A stretch of DNA of 64,000 bases from Takakia lepidozioides (lineage: Eukaryota > Plantae > Bryophyta): contig CM060731.1 of the NCBI GenBank assembly GCA_030704615.1, forward strand, positions 22,134,001 through 22,198,000, given 5' to 3'. Positions 47,965 through 61,559 of the stretch are shown here, piece after piece. The notes under the pieces were generated by a model. That model had not been told where the DNA came from. It was given only the letters and a program-made list of their open reading frames with translations, and ran no database searches. How positions within the stretch are numbered: the stretch's first letter is position 1; every line of letters starts with the position of its first letter. A program made the position numbers and the translations under genes.

Positions 47965-50900
47965 TGATCCTTCTTGGGGCTGAAATTTGTAATGCTTTTG
48001 TAAAGTACATTTTTAATGTAATCTGTTTTTTGAAACTGTACAGGCAGCATCTAAGAAGGAAGTTCAAAAGTCCTTCGGGATGAGTCCTGCAGCTGCAGGA
48101 ACGGTTTGTTGCTCCCTACTCTTTTCTTCTTGTCTCTTGTATGCAATGCCAACCAAAGGCAGGACAAGGATAGCCAGACAACATCAACGGTCAATTTTTA
48201 TGTGAGAAATGTCACCTCAAAGGCCCTTCAGCATCATTGTTGCTTTCACTCTCCACTTCCAGTGTAGATACCACCAATGGAGGTTGGGGGTCAAAGCGCA
48301 CGTGGTCCAGGAATAGAAGTGATTTCGTGCTGTTCTCTATGCATGCCTCAAGATAAATAGTTTCCTGTAGTAGACACGGGTGTTTGAGGTTATGCTCAAC
48401 TCTCAACCCCAAGCAAGGTGTATGTATGTATAGAATCTTACTCATATATTAGTATATAATGGAAAAGATATGCATGATATCATTTTCATCTTCCTTCCAG
48501 CATGCTGTTGGCAATGGGAGTATTATCAGGACGCAATGGCTGTCAATCTTAAGCCATCCAAGAGATTAATGAAGTATGCTAGAAAGTAGCTTAATATATG
48601 GCTAAATAGGTTGATATTTGTAGTACATCTCCTGCATAAAGTCCTCAGAAACAGGGTCATTTGCAAAAGAGATGAAAAGCTTTATGGCATAAGCAAGGAA
48701 TGTGGCATACCTTCACAGTGCGCACCTACATGAGGACAGAAGTATATGACAGTCAGTCCACACCACACAAATACACCAAATACAGAAACAGAACAGACAC
48801 CCCCTGATTTGTTTGCATTTTACTCTTGGGTTTCATGTCACAGCTACTGGGCCCCGACCTTAATTGGTGAGCGAGACAATCTTCGAATTATGGATGTGCC
48901 AGCAAGCAATGAACTTCAGGTCAAGTTAGTTGATAGTAAGCCAATAGCAATCACCTCATAGGTGTGCAGGATATATTCCACCTTTATAGCCCCATGCACT
49001 CAACATAGAAAAATGCTAGTTGCTTTGTTCCGGAACTGAACAAGACTTTTATTGAAGGCATAGCTGCCAGAACTCCAAATGGTTACAAAGAAACAGCGTC
49101 AAAACTGTCTGCGCTATCCTAAGAAAATCCCTACATCAGTTTCTTACACTATTGAAATTTAGGTGGGCCATACCTTGGTTCGGACTGAGAGAGGATTGGA
49201 GGCCATGAACTTGAAGTACTGTGGAAGGTATTTGCGCTCCCCATCTGAGTCAGTGTAGACAGCCATGCACACCAGCCTGCAAAAGCATGCAATCAGTTGC
49301 TCTCTCTGTCTCTTTGTGCTCTCCTCCTTTGAGTTCCGCACAAACTCCTTTGTGTTCTGCTCAAACTGAGCGCGGGGTCAATGGCCACAAGGCTACGGCA
49401 AACAACGTCTTATGAGTACATTCTTTGTGCTCTCCATTTCTCCCTCGTCTCCCAAAACCCCCCATTCCACACAAGCATTCCCGACTCTCAGCAGCTATGA
49501 GAAATGGACTCGGAGCACTACAAGATGCAAGGGAGGAAGAGCCCATCTTTGTGGTGAGTGCATAATCTGCTCCTGCATGTATGGCATATGGCATGTGCCT
49601 CCTGATTGCACCTACTGTCCACATGAAGCTGTTCACAAGGCAGTTTATGGCTGATTTTTGAACCAAAATAACTAAATTCTTTTCCAAAGGGATGCATTGA
49701 CAAAGCCCCAATTCCAAGAGTATTATTGGAGGCCCAACTTAACTCGCTCATAAAAACACTGGGCATACCAATTTTTCAACCATGACCAACAATGCAAATA
49801 GCTTGTCCAGGATGTTACGTGTGAGGTCCAAGTTCTTTGATGTCATGCTCAATTATGAAGTCGTGGCGCCCACCAGCACGGATATAATCCATGGGCACCT
49901 TTGTACTGTCAGCCAACGTCACTCTTTGCCGTTCCGTCTGCAGTTCTGCCTGCACAACATAGTATAGTTTGATCTAATGCTTTCCTTCACCCCAAGCTTT
50001 TCTCTTTTCAAGTCTTCTATTCAAAGTGAGCAAGGAATAGGGCCATTAAAAGCAACAAGAAGGAACAATTTTACTCCATCGATCTAATGAAAACCCTTCA
50101 TGAAACCCTGTCTTGCATTACATAAAATCAATATTTAGTCTAGGGACAGATCAGATCTGAGAGTTCCATCAAATTTGCTTACAGTGAGGATCACATAAAT
50201 CTGAAATGACCAAGCAAAGCTTCCTCCTAAACCAGGAGATTGACCATCTATATCACTTGATTGCAACAATATTGTTAGAGGTCCCTTTCTCTGAGTTATC
50301 TAAATCCCTCATCACGCTTGTACAGGGAAGGACAATCGTCCTGCTCTCTATGCACCTGACTCCAGATCGTCACCCAACACATGGTAAATGTGGGGCTGGT
50401 AGCTTACTGCAATTTAACCTGTTGATTGTACGAAGACATTATTGAAGACACATTTGAAGCTCAGCTCTACTGTGTACCATTACTAGAGTGAGACTTGTAA
50501 CTCATAATCTTGCTTCCTGCTTCACCTTTTTTGATTCCCTGTCCCTGTGTAGCTCAGGCTTGGCCAGGATAAGCTGCAGGTGCCCATGAACTGAATTACT
50601 GCATTGCACTCCTCAGCATTGATAAGACCAGTGCAGGAAGGAAATTGGGGGAGAGGGAGAGAGAGAGAGTGAGAGCTCTTCCTTTATTCCGACATCTCGG
50701 ACATCATGAGTTGTATGGTTGCCGACACTGATGTAGCTGCAAAAGGACTCACCCAAGTAGATTGACCTGCCAAAATAAAACCCTGCCGAAATTCAATGTT
50801 CAGTTCAACCATGAAAAGCACCTATTGCCCTATGCCCTAGGTGTCATGGCAAAAGAGCTCCTGTCAAGCATTTCAAAGGAGGGCGAGGAAGGTGGCACAC

Positions 50901-53900
50901 ACCAAGTCTCTGCAAGAGCTCAAGGGGAAAGCAAAGAAGATGGCTGCCAGTCTGCTGATCAAATGCGTGCAATGATCAATTCTATGACAACTGACTGACA
51001 TCAAAGACCAAAACCAAATAAACTGATGGTAAGACTGTACTATACTGTTGATTGGACATGGTACTAGATGTCTAAGTGCAGTGACACATGTAGGAGGGAG
51101 TTAAAATTAGGGACCTGATCTTAAGGGAAAGTTACACCTTTTTTGTACACTCTGGATAGCTAGCTTCTGCTGTGCAGAAGCCATTAATATTAGTGCACCC
51201 CACTGTAATGTAATTCTACAACGGTACTGAGACATGGTGGATACTTCATTGAGAAGTTATAACACAATCCTCCCTAACCCTTTTCTCACTGGAACTCAAG
51301 GCCTGCTTCCCTTTTCAACTACTAACCATCTTGCCCATGGCAAGGAGGGTGATAAAACTAAAGTACGCTCATCAGACTTATTTGTGTAGTACAAGTCATC
51401 ACACCAATGTTTAAAAAACACGTCAATGTTAAGGATCCTTCACAAAACACATGATGTGAATTGGTTCAGCTTCGTCAGGCAATTTGCTGCAGTGCCTACA
51501 ACGTTGTTATTTCTTCCACATCTCTCCTGACCAGCAATTGACTGACATTCAACTTAAATGTGTCATACGATCTAGCATTAGAAATATCATACTGCCAATA
51601 TTGTTCCAAATCTATCTCGGACAAAAGCCTGGGATTAAGAATCTGGAACTCAACCACAATAATGCCAGATAAAAATTAGCTCAAAAGAGGCCTTTGGTCT
51701 CTCCAATTTCTTTGGATTTCCACTCGTGCCAGGGATCCGAGGCAAGTAAATAGAAGCAATAATTTAGCTCTCTCAAACTAATTTCAAATGAAGACTTGAC
51801 CTGTCCAACTTCTTTGCTTGATACAACTAAGACGCAATTTCAACCCTCACCCAAAAGTCTGTGGGAGAACTAGAAGGCCAGAAACCCCGAGGGCATCAAT
51901 CGGCTTCTCCAGTTCGCTCCGTCTCCAGTACGGGCCCTCCTTCTCTCGGGCTTCGTTAACTGAGGTAATCTCTGCTTCATCAAACGAGTCCTCCCCCAGA
52001 CTGAGGTCCAGTGGATCAAACCGAAGTCCCAGGTCCACTTGCAACGAAGGCCGACACAGCCGCATTACCCTAAATGCCAGAGAGTGGCCTGACCCACCCG
52101 GCCCGGAACTCATGGCCGAAAGAGTTGGAAGGAAACACAATATCAGGCAGCAATGTTGCCCTTCGCCGTGTAAATTACCGTATCTATTATCTCCTGGCAG
52201 AAGAAATCAGGCTTGGTGATCAAGCCCTGAAGCTTAAACTTGACTGCCGTCCACGAACGCGTATGATTTGAATGCGACCGATCACACACGACATATGTTA
52301 GAGAACTCTCACAGGGAAACTTATTCAATACAGTGTTAGTGTTCTTGGAATGGATGCTCTCAGGAGGAGTAAGGACCCTACTATTGAGCAGGAGAGAAAC
52401 TGAACATCAAGTCACACTATGTTATTTTGGGAAGGCCCCTGTCTTTCTTCTACTACTTCCAGGATGGCTTCTCCAAGCTGATCCCAGCAGTCAATGCTCG
52501 TGACAAAACAAAACGCACTCCGATCTTATATCACGAAATCAAAAACTTCACAGACCAAAATCAGTGCGGAAGCTGGGCTCGAGAAACAGGCTCTAGGTGG
52601 GAAGTGCTCTCGCGGGTCGGGTGAAGCGGGACCGATGTTTCACTGGGGCGAAGGGAATACATTCGAATGTAGATTTGAATATTCTGTTGACGATGCCAAA
52701 GGGCGCGGGGAAGGGTTGCGAGGAAGGGGTGCGAGATTGTTGCAACCACTGACGACCACCGAAGAGATGGTCTGAGTTTGGAGATTATCAGCGAGAGAGG
52801 GGGAGTTGAATGGAGGCCGAGGTCGACATTCAGCAGTTCTGCATTTCCATTTCTGTTGAGTAAGAGGCAAGACAATACCTGCGGGCAAGAAAGGCCGAGG
52901 AATGATGGTGTACAAGAGATACTAGAAAGCATATGGCAAACAAGTTCACACGCCTTTATAAGCGACTAGCTTTGCTCTGTGGGGACCACTAAGGAGAGGA
53001 TTGAAGTCGCCAATATGGCGGCACCTGATGAAGGGTTCATGGCTAGACATGTTAGAGAGATGGTAGATGAAATTCGCGAGCGGTTGAAGGAAGGGAGGTT
53101 GATGTTTGCAGCGGCAATCTTCGCAACTTCAGTCGTCCTCATTCGTAACTTCGGTCATAGAGTGGCATGAAGGAGGGTACCGACAGCCTGGTGGGGAATT
53201 GTCTTTCCATGACTGAGAAGCATCTTTTTCTGAACCCACCTACCAGACCTAATTTCAACCAATTTTAAATTTTCACATCGACCATCATATGCCCAGTTGG
53301 TATGTGATTCGCAGCAACCCCTAATTTTGGCAGCTGGGTCAATCCAACAAGCCCAAATTGCTTCCGCTACAGCCAGCATGATTTTGCCCTTCCAGATGAT
53401 AGCAAGGCTTTCTTTTTGGGGATGGTATACTTCTGTCTAGGATGTCTTCCCTCGATTGCAAATCCTCTTGGATTTGGTTGAAGATACACGTGAACTTACC
53501 TTGAGGGTCTATCTCATGGACAAGCAATGGTTCCTGCTTCGAGAAGCAACCATGTCATTTGATCATGGTTGATTGATCCAATTTGTGTATGATCTCCTAT
53601 GAACAGAGGATTGAAAAGATAAGCACAGAAACCTGACAGAGGAGTTTGGATTCCCGATTGTCTGATGGGAGACGGCTTGAGGCTTCCAGACGGCCTGAGG
53701 TTTACAGGTTTTCGACAGAAGCCTAAAAAACCCGCTTTTAACACCAAGCTATGGCTATGGAGGTTACTCAACTCTAGCCTCTGGGTGTGGAGGGGTCTAA
53801 AATTTGTGGCTGCTGGAGCAACTTAAGAATGTATCTGAGATGTAGAAAAAGAGATAGGCCGCCTCGTCGGAATAGGCATGGCAAAGACATTGACTCCATC

Positions 53901-54734
53901 ACATGTTAGAGGCAAGTCACTCGGGCTTTTTTCAACTGTCGATCGCATACATCGAAGTTACTTTTAGTACTTATGGTTGGGAGGTTGTTCGTCAGCTTTC
54001 ATGGCTGATGAGTTCAGGCACTGATCAATAGCTCCCCACATGAAATGCTTTGGAGTCAAAGCTTTGAAGGAGCTTTGTCTATCACTCAACCTAGAACACG
54101 AGATCCCAAGTATGGAGACCATTCCACACTGAAAACTCCATGACAGCCACCCCATGAATGAAATGAGGAGCTTGAAGGACATGGCTAGAGAGGTAGCCAT
54201 GAGACTATTTTAATTTCGTGCATATTACTCACATGGGTTTCTCATTGCTTGGGTCATTATTTTTAAATTGTCCAAAGAGCCGGCAAAGATGGGATGTGTG
54301 GCCGCCATTTGTCCCCAGCTTTTAGATCACCTCCCGAGTTCGTTGATTCTTGTAATAATGTAAGCATTTATAAGTGCTTTCACAGTGACCGCAAAACGAT
54401 ATATGAAACTAATCACTCCACCCTCCCTGAGAAAGAGAAAGAACTCTGGACTATTCCCATAGCGAGGGACATTGACACAAACCTTCAGTGAGTTACAAAA
54501 ACTCTTTGATTTGTCAAAGATTGTGAGAGTCATAGCTGGAATTTCAGTCGAAAATTTATCCCACTTATTTCTTGGTGTCGTGATTTTAATTTGTGAGGCA
54601 TATGTGATGTCAATTAGGATCATGTATGTGGTAGAACTGTAAGAGACAACTATGCCCATCTTTGGGTAATGCTATATTGTAAAATTGAGGGTTCTTCATT
54701 ATCCGTGAGGGAAAGACACGTTCGTCCTTAAACA

Positions 54735-54881
54735 AATAAATAAATATTAAATATGGTGTCTCTTCACCACAAGGGCTATTGCCTTCCAAGCTGAAAGGTG
54801 GATACCTTCATGACACACCAGACCGTGGTTTGAACCCACAACCACATCCAACGTGGTATGTGCCCATTACCACTGGGCTAC
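54735..54881 (-). mobile_element. tRNA-derived SINE (second family)
   Basis: Minus strand reads TGTAGCCCAGTGGTAATGG (A-box)...GGGTTCAAACC (B-box), followed by a (TTTA)n tail. Confidence 0.55.
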
Positions 54882-54918
54882 ATTAGTCTTTACATCATAG
54901 GACTTAGTACAGTAATCA

Positions 54919-57154
54919 TGTTAGAAATCAACTCCTTACCAAATTACTGTTAGTCAGAATTATTGTGATGACAAGTCAAACTACAATAATAGTAGTACTA
55001 ACAACTTACAGTTAACAAGATAGTAGCCTCAGCTAGCTAAAGTTAGCTTCAATTATTAGCGACTAAGGTCTATGTACCAAAATAGCAGTTGGAGATAATT
55101 CAGGTGTTATGCTATAGTTATCTAAGCTATTCCTACATGAGGAATTTATGACAAGGTTTGAGCTAGATGGGAGGGGTAATTTCTAGGGTTCGGACTATAG
55201 TGCGTCGCATGCAGATTCTTGGGACGCCACCCAAAGATTTAAAATAGAACAAAAAACTTTTCACCAGATCTTGAGTATAAATAGGGAGAGTTCGGAGGGT
55301 GGACACACAACTTGTTGTGGTCATATGGTTGGGTGGAGAGTTCTCAGTAATCAATTCATCTTTTATCTCTATTCTCTGCCGAATTCCAACATGGTATCAG
55401 AGCGAGGTTTTGTCTAGGTGATAAAGGGAGATGAGTATTTGATGTACAACCTATAGGCTTAAGTGCTTGGTGTTAGATCTGAAAGTTTGAGGGTGTTTTG
55501 TACTTGGCAAAACATCAAACTATGATCATGTCATCTTGTGCTGATCATACCCAAGTAGAGAAATTAGATGGTCACAATTTTCATACATAGAAAAGATGAA
55601 GTTCATTCTTCATGAGAAAGATCTGTGGGAGATCACCTCAGGAGAAGCGGTTGCACCAGTTCAAGCGCCGCCTGAAGATAGAGAAATCATAGATTTTTGG
55701 TTGATAATGCTTCCCTTTGGAACGTCATATGTTGAGATGCTCGTGAATCAATGATTCACCACACATCCCTACAACTCAGAGAGATTGACAAAGCTACAAC
55801 CAAAAAGTTCAGTTCTGTCAGCCATAATTGTCGCTGGAACTTCACTCTGTAACTTCTCCTTCTTCTCATCGTCTAGCTTTTTCTTGAGCATTCACATACA
55901 TAATGACCTCTTATGGCACAAAAGAAACAGACTATGTGTTTCTTCTTCTTGAACTTAACTTCCTTCCTCCATGATCTTACGTAACGTCTCTTGGTTAAGA
56001 TAGAGACGATTGACGATATGCTTTCTTTCAAAACTGACACATAGATTGGTCCATGCTTCTCTAGCAGTTTTAGCATGTGCAACATGATGAAGTATTGAAT
56101 CAGTCACATTCAACAACATAGTTCATCAAGCTAACTTATCTTTCTTCTCAAAAAAGTCGTTGCTCAGGAGTGATCCCTGCGGCTATGATCTCTCCATCTT
56201 CAGGCTACGCTTGAACTGGTGCAACCGCTTCTCCCAATGTAATCTCCCACAGATCTTTCTCATGAAGAATGGACTCCATCTTAATTTTCCATAAATGAAA
56301 ATTGTGACCATCTAACTTCTCCACTTGAGTATGATCAGTAGAAGATGTCATGATGATAGTTTGATGTTTTGCCAAGTACAAAACATCCTCAAACTTTCAG
56401 ATCTAACACCAAGCACTCAAGCCTATAGGTTGTAAATCAAATACTCATCTTCCTTTATCTCTTAGACAAAAACCTCGCTCTGATACCATGGTCATATATG
56501 ATGACAACCAAAGGTGTATTGCCCTCTCGAAGAATCTGACTTTACATGCTCGTACAAAACATATTGAGATTCATCATCATTTGGTACGAGAGAAGACTGA
56601 AGCAGGAGTTGTCAAACTGATATATTGCAACACCAACAACAATGCAGATATACTGACAAAAAAGACTTAATGATGAAAAACATGAACGCTTTTGAGGCTT
56701 GATGGGAGTAAGTTAAGTCTTTCACTTGGTAACTCGTTGAGTGGGGGTCTTGGAAATCAACTCCTTACCAAGTTATTGTTACTCAGAGTTACTGTGATGA
56801 CAAGTCAGACTATAATAATAGTAGTGCTGATAAGTCATAGTTAACAAGAGATTAGCCTCAGTTAGCTAAAGTTAGCTTCAGTTATTATTGACTCAAGTCA
56901 GTATACGAAAATAGCAGGTGTTATGCTATAGTTATCTGAGCTATTCCTAAAAAAGACTTTGAGTATAAATATGGAGAGCTCGGAGGGTAGACGCAGCTTG
57001 TTGTGGTTATCTGAGCTATTCCTGGAAAAAACGTTGAGTATAAATAGGGAGACTCAACAGGAGAGCTGAGAGGGTAGACGCAGTCCTATGGTTGGGTGGA
57101 GAGTTCTCAATAATCAATTCATCTTTTATCTCTATTCTCTATCGAATTCCAACA
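54919..57154 (+). mobile_element. Internally deleted and rearranged Ty1/Copia LTR retrotransposon
   Basis: LTRs at 54919-55391 and 56748-57154, TSD AATCA, PBS TGGTATCAGAGC (55392) and PPT GAGTGGGGG. Gag start EKLDGHNF, RNase H end DNQRCIAL...HARTKHIEIHHH...ADILTK, and an inverted gag fragment with CFFCAIRGHYVCEC. Confidence 0.92.
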
Positions 57155-58136
57155 AATCAAACCCTACACAAGATTTTTTTTTTATTAACCTTGGGTGACC
57201 ATTCTATGATTGTGGGCTAAGAAATTGTAACCAACATTAACTTTCTATGGTTACCTCCATTCCAAGGCAAGGCAGTAAGGCTGGAACCAAAACTGTGGAG
57301 CTGTGCAATGAAACATAGCAATATATTTATTTAAAAAATGACGTCGAATTGTAGTTATATTGAATCTATTCCCCTCCTCTAAAACAAAATAAAATAAAAA
57401 TGAAATAAAAACAAGCGGCTCCGCCACAAAAGGCTCTTTCCTTCGGTGATTTTGGGGTTGTTGTTTTATTATTTTTCCAGGGCTTCCTAAATCATGCCCA
57501 TCAACCCTCCATAGACTAGGCTGAATGGATAAGCCATTCTCCCCCTAGGCAAGATGTCTCCACAATGCGGGTCCCATCAACCCTCCATACCCTAGGGCTT
57601 AATGGATAAGCCTAGTTCTCCGTTCTCCGCCTAGCTCCGCCTAGGCAAGAAGTCTCACAATGCCTCTATCCCTTGCGGGACAGAGCTTCTTGTTGAAAAA
57701 TTATCAATGATGGGGAGTGAGCGGTAATCCAAGGAGATGGGTTTAGGGCTAGAGTATTCCTCAAAATCAAACAATCTCCAAGCTCTTGGATGAGAGTGCC
57801 TTCAAACTACTGCAGTCAACTACAGTCGAAAGTATTGCACTTCGTGTTGCAGACAATAGTCATATGCAACAATGTTAAGGTCCGGTCCACACCTGTTGGT
57901 ACCAAAAAGCCCGTTGCTCGTCTGGTGGCTTCCAGTAAGGCAGAGATAGTATCTGGGTTCCTTCTATTCACTTAATGAGTGTGCCCAGATTGATACATGT
58001 TGTTACCACAAAGGTCAAACTGTTCTAAATGCAACAAATGATATCTATAGCTCCCCCAACCTGGCAGTGTCAGGCCTGCTCTGCTGTCTCTTACTAGTCT
58101 TACTTGTGTTCTTTAGCGTGGCATCTGATTGGTCAG

Positions 58137-58255
58137 ATCCAAAGCAAGTACGCTGAAGGCAAGCTGAAGGATCTGACAGTCAATGAACTAAAGAACTTTC
58201 TTGGTGAGCGAAAGGTCAAATCAATTGCCAGAAGGAAGGATGAACTCATTAACGT
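58137..58255 (+). other. Isolated SAP-domain-like exon (Ku70 C-terminal-like)
   Basis: CAG|IQSKYAEGKLKDLTVNELKNFLGERKVKSIARRKDELIN fits the SAP pattern LTVxELKxxL...G/RxKxELI. Confidence 0.4.
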
Positions 58256-58593
58256 GCGGTTCAGCTGCTTAAGTGACATGTCTGGGCATACTCTGCTCTA
58301 ATTTAGGGTCCTAACAGGTAGCGGTCGGGTTGTGGAAAAGTATGCTCAAGTGAGGAACATGTACTCAGACAAGTGTGTATTGTGAAAACACTCCATCACC
58401 CACCCCACTGCGCAACACAACCAATTTTTTCCCTGTTGGGAAGAAACGGCTGAAGTTCTTTCATAAGAAAACACCACTATAGGAGATGTAATAGCCATCA
58501 GTCTCTGCTGACATCGCATCACAGTCTCCTCCAAGGACATGTTCTTTGCCTTGATCTGAAAGTAAATACCAGCTGACAAATGACATCCTCAAG

Positions 58594-60231
58594 TTATGGA
58601 GGACGAACTTTCAGCAACTCAATGTCAAATATGACAGTTCCAAGAGTAGAACCCTCTCCATTTGCCAAACGGGTCTGATTGAAGACTGTGGTGTAGAGTC
58701 TCTGTCTGTCGAAAAACTGCACAGCAAAGATCAAAGCCTCACTCAGCGTAGACCGGGTTTTCCATCGTCGTGACCCTGCACCCAAATTGGACAGTCTAGA
58801 CAGGGTACAAGACTTCACAGGTATGTTTTCATACCCAGCAGCTTTTACTTTTGAAGGGTTGTTCAAGAATGACTGTATAAACCCAGAGAGACAAGACTTA
58901 CAAGTAGTCCTTTCTGAAGCCAAGAGATAAAGGGGAAAACCCTGCTACCTTGTGAGTGAGGTTATTACAGACCTATATTCACAGGCTGTGATCTATTAAT
59001 GAAAAAACCATGGCAAACCTTGAAATGTGCCCCCTGCTTGTTGGAGATTGAGAGAGGGAGGGGGGGGGGGTGATGTGGTCATTCACCATTCCCACGCAGT
59101 CTCTATGGAACGCTAACCCTTCAAGATCCAGTCATATGTTTCCATCTACCAGAGTACTCAGGGTAAAGGGTTGATTGACAGCTGAAATGAGGGTTTGCAT
59201 TCACGTTTATTCCCGCATTGTTGATGTAACTGCCTACCTTGACACATGTGGATCTGGTTGCATTCAGTAGCCAGACGGATAACGAGCTGCACACACACTT
59301 GGTAGATGACATAGCAGGTTTTAGATTGATAACCGTACGTTTGGAGGAATGGGCCCCTGCGTGGTGTTTTGGTAACCTTGCAAGGGTGGGATGATTGCTC
59401 GCCGCACTCCTCCCTCCTTCATGCTCCGCACTGCAGCATCCAACCCTGCAATCACCTGCAAGATTCACTTTCAGTTCACAGTAAATCCCTCATTGAGTGT
59501 AGCAGCTTCTGCCCACTGACTAGGAAAGGTACAGAGATTGAGGCAGAATGGACTCTAGTCTCACTTGGCAAGTAGACAGCAGAAATCCTAGAAACTGAAA
59601 CAGAACAAATTGAGAGGGAAGGTCTTACGGTGCCGGATCCCATGGTGAAAACATATGGCTCAGGATTCCCTGAACCATCCTTGTGATCATAGGTGGCATC
59701 AAACCGCCAGCCTTGCTTTGCTGCTAATCGCGCGTAGTAGTGAATTTCAACCTGCACGCACAGCTCCCGTCTGCTCAAACACAGACCTTTCTATGCTCGC
59801 GAATCAAATTGAGACCATGGCATGAACGGTGAACCCACCCTGTCTCCCGACTTCGGGACAGCGCCCATGCCTTCTCTGATGTCCAAAGCTTTCACCCCTC
59901 CCGAACCTTCCAGCTCAAAGAAGCTCCTCCTTCCCTCTTCTGCGACAGCTCCGCCAGCTAGCAGGAATCCTAGCGCTATACCCATTCCCCCGACTCCACG
60001 CACAGCCTGAACAGCTGCTTCCCTTCTGGACACAAGCTCTCCATCCGTTGTTTCCCGCCCCACTTCGCATTGTGATTGTGCACTTGCGCAGCTTCGGATT
60101 GAGTAACCGTAAGGGGCAGTCGAACTGGACACAGACCGAGGGTAGGCGAGAGTGGGAGGAAAGGAGGACGCTCGTGATATTGCGACAAGGGAAGCAGGCG
60201 GGAGAGTGACAGTGCACAGGATGACAGCCAT
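58594..60231 (-). CDS. FKBP17-1: Chloroplast FKBP-type peptidyl-prolyl isomerase, FKBP17-1 orthologue (4 exons)
   Basis: Transit peptide with SRR motif. Exons encode LEGSGGVKALDIREG, VEIHYYARLAAKQGWRFDATYDHKD, VIAGLDAAVRSMKEGGVRRAIIPPLQGYQNT and FFDRQRLYTTVFNQTRLANGEGSTLGTVIFDIEL, with GT-AG junctions. Confidence 0.9.
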
Positions 60232-61559
60232 AGCCAAAGCTTGCTCCTCCTTCCTTGCTGCATTGAAAGGCTTGAGGCATTCGTAAATACTATCTAACAG
60301 CTTCAGGTCGAAACTGGTTCGAACCCCACAACAGCCACATTTCTTATATTCTCTTTGACAAAATCGTCTCGACAACAATGCCCCTCACTTCTCTCTCTCT
60401 CTCTCTCGGGATTCACGGGCGTGCATGTATGCAGGCGCTACGGTTTGCTAGCCGCATTACGCATGCGGGAAAGGACTGCAGCAGAGATTCCGCGTGCACC
60501 CACTCGGCCTCCTCACCCATAGTCGAGCTCCCCACTCCAGACTTCTCTTCTCCATCAACCTGACCTCATCTTCGTCTTCTTTTTCTCTCCCCGAGAGGCT
60601 TCATGAATGGACATCTCCCTTACTACTGAAAATACGGTCGTCTGTCTCGCTCCTGTTCGATTATCACATATCTCTCTCGTTTTCTGGATACATTCAAACA
60701 ATTATTCCGAAACTTGGATGCGCCTTAAAGTCTCTGGGGATTGTCATCGTCTCTCTGTAGTTTCTAGACCAAGTAAATTACTCCTCTTGAGTTGTGATTC
60801 CTTACATCGGAACCACAATCTACACAATTTGTGACTCGAGAGCGGTGGTGAGCTGCACACACTTTTGTTTCCCATTTGTTTTGCCAGAGCGAAATGCTTA
60901 CAGTTCATTTCGGTAAGAGTACATACGGTACAATTGTGTTGCAAGCTCAGTTGTAGGCTAGTTGTTAGATTCTGAAGATTAAAAATCACTTAAAAGACAA
61001 GACTGAACCTCGGACTGAACGTGTGAACTTCGGCACTGTTCTAGGCTACATGAGTAGCTTTTCTGTCGCTATATATGGCATGTGTTACAACGTCTATGTG
61101 AACTAGAAGAAGAGGGCGCACATTAGAAAAGGCCCGGGAGTTTAATGCGAGCTCAAGGGTCCTGCCTGCGTGGCACCCCCCACGCCCCCAGACGCACCCA
61201 CTTCGCAGCTCCTGCGCGGCTCGCGGTTCCCGCGGCCCGGGACACCCTCCCCCCCATCACCCCCGCCCCGCGCCACCCAGTCCCGCCCCCTCCACCCCCC
61301 GCCCCCGCCTGCCCCGCCCGCCAGCCGTCATCACAACACATGAATCATGTCAAACATACACCCATACATTGCAGATGTCACATGTGGTCATGATCCTAAC
61401 ATGATGACCATGAAGCCATCAGATGCATGGTTACACATGGCTACACATGTTCAAATTTGAAATTTGAAATTTGAAATCTAGTATTATTTTATGGACACGA
61501 CTGTCAGGGATGAGGGGGATGAGGGGGGTCTTGGAAGTTTCCTGAAACTGATTCTCATT

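Noticed and set aside
48000-54300. Many short ORFs, possibly old retroelement debris
   Set aside because: No diagnostic motif could be recognised with confidence.
61170-61325. C-rich tract with Pro-rich and Gly-rich ORFs
   Set aside because: Low complexity with no domain. It has G-quadruplex potential only, and no TIR or TSD was established.
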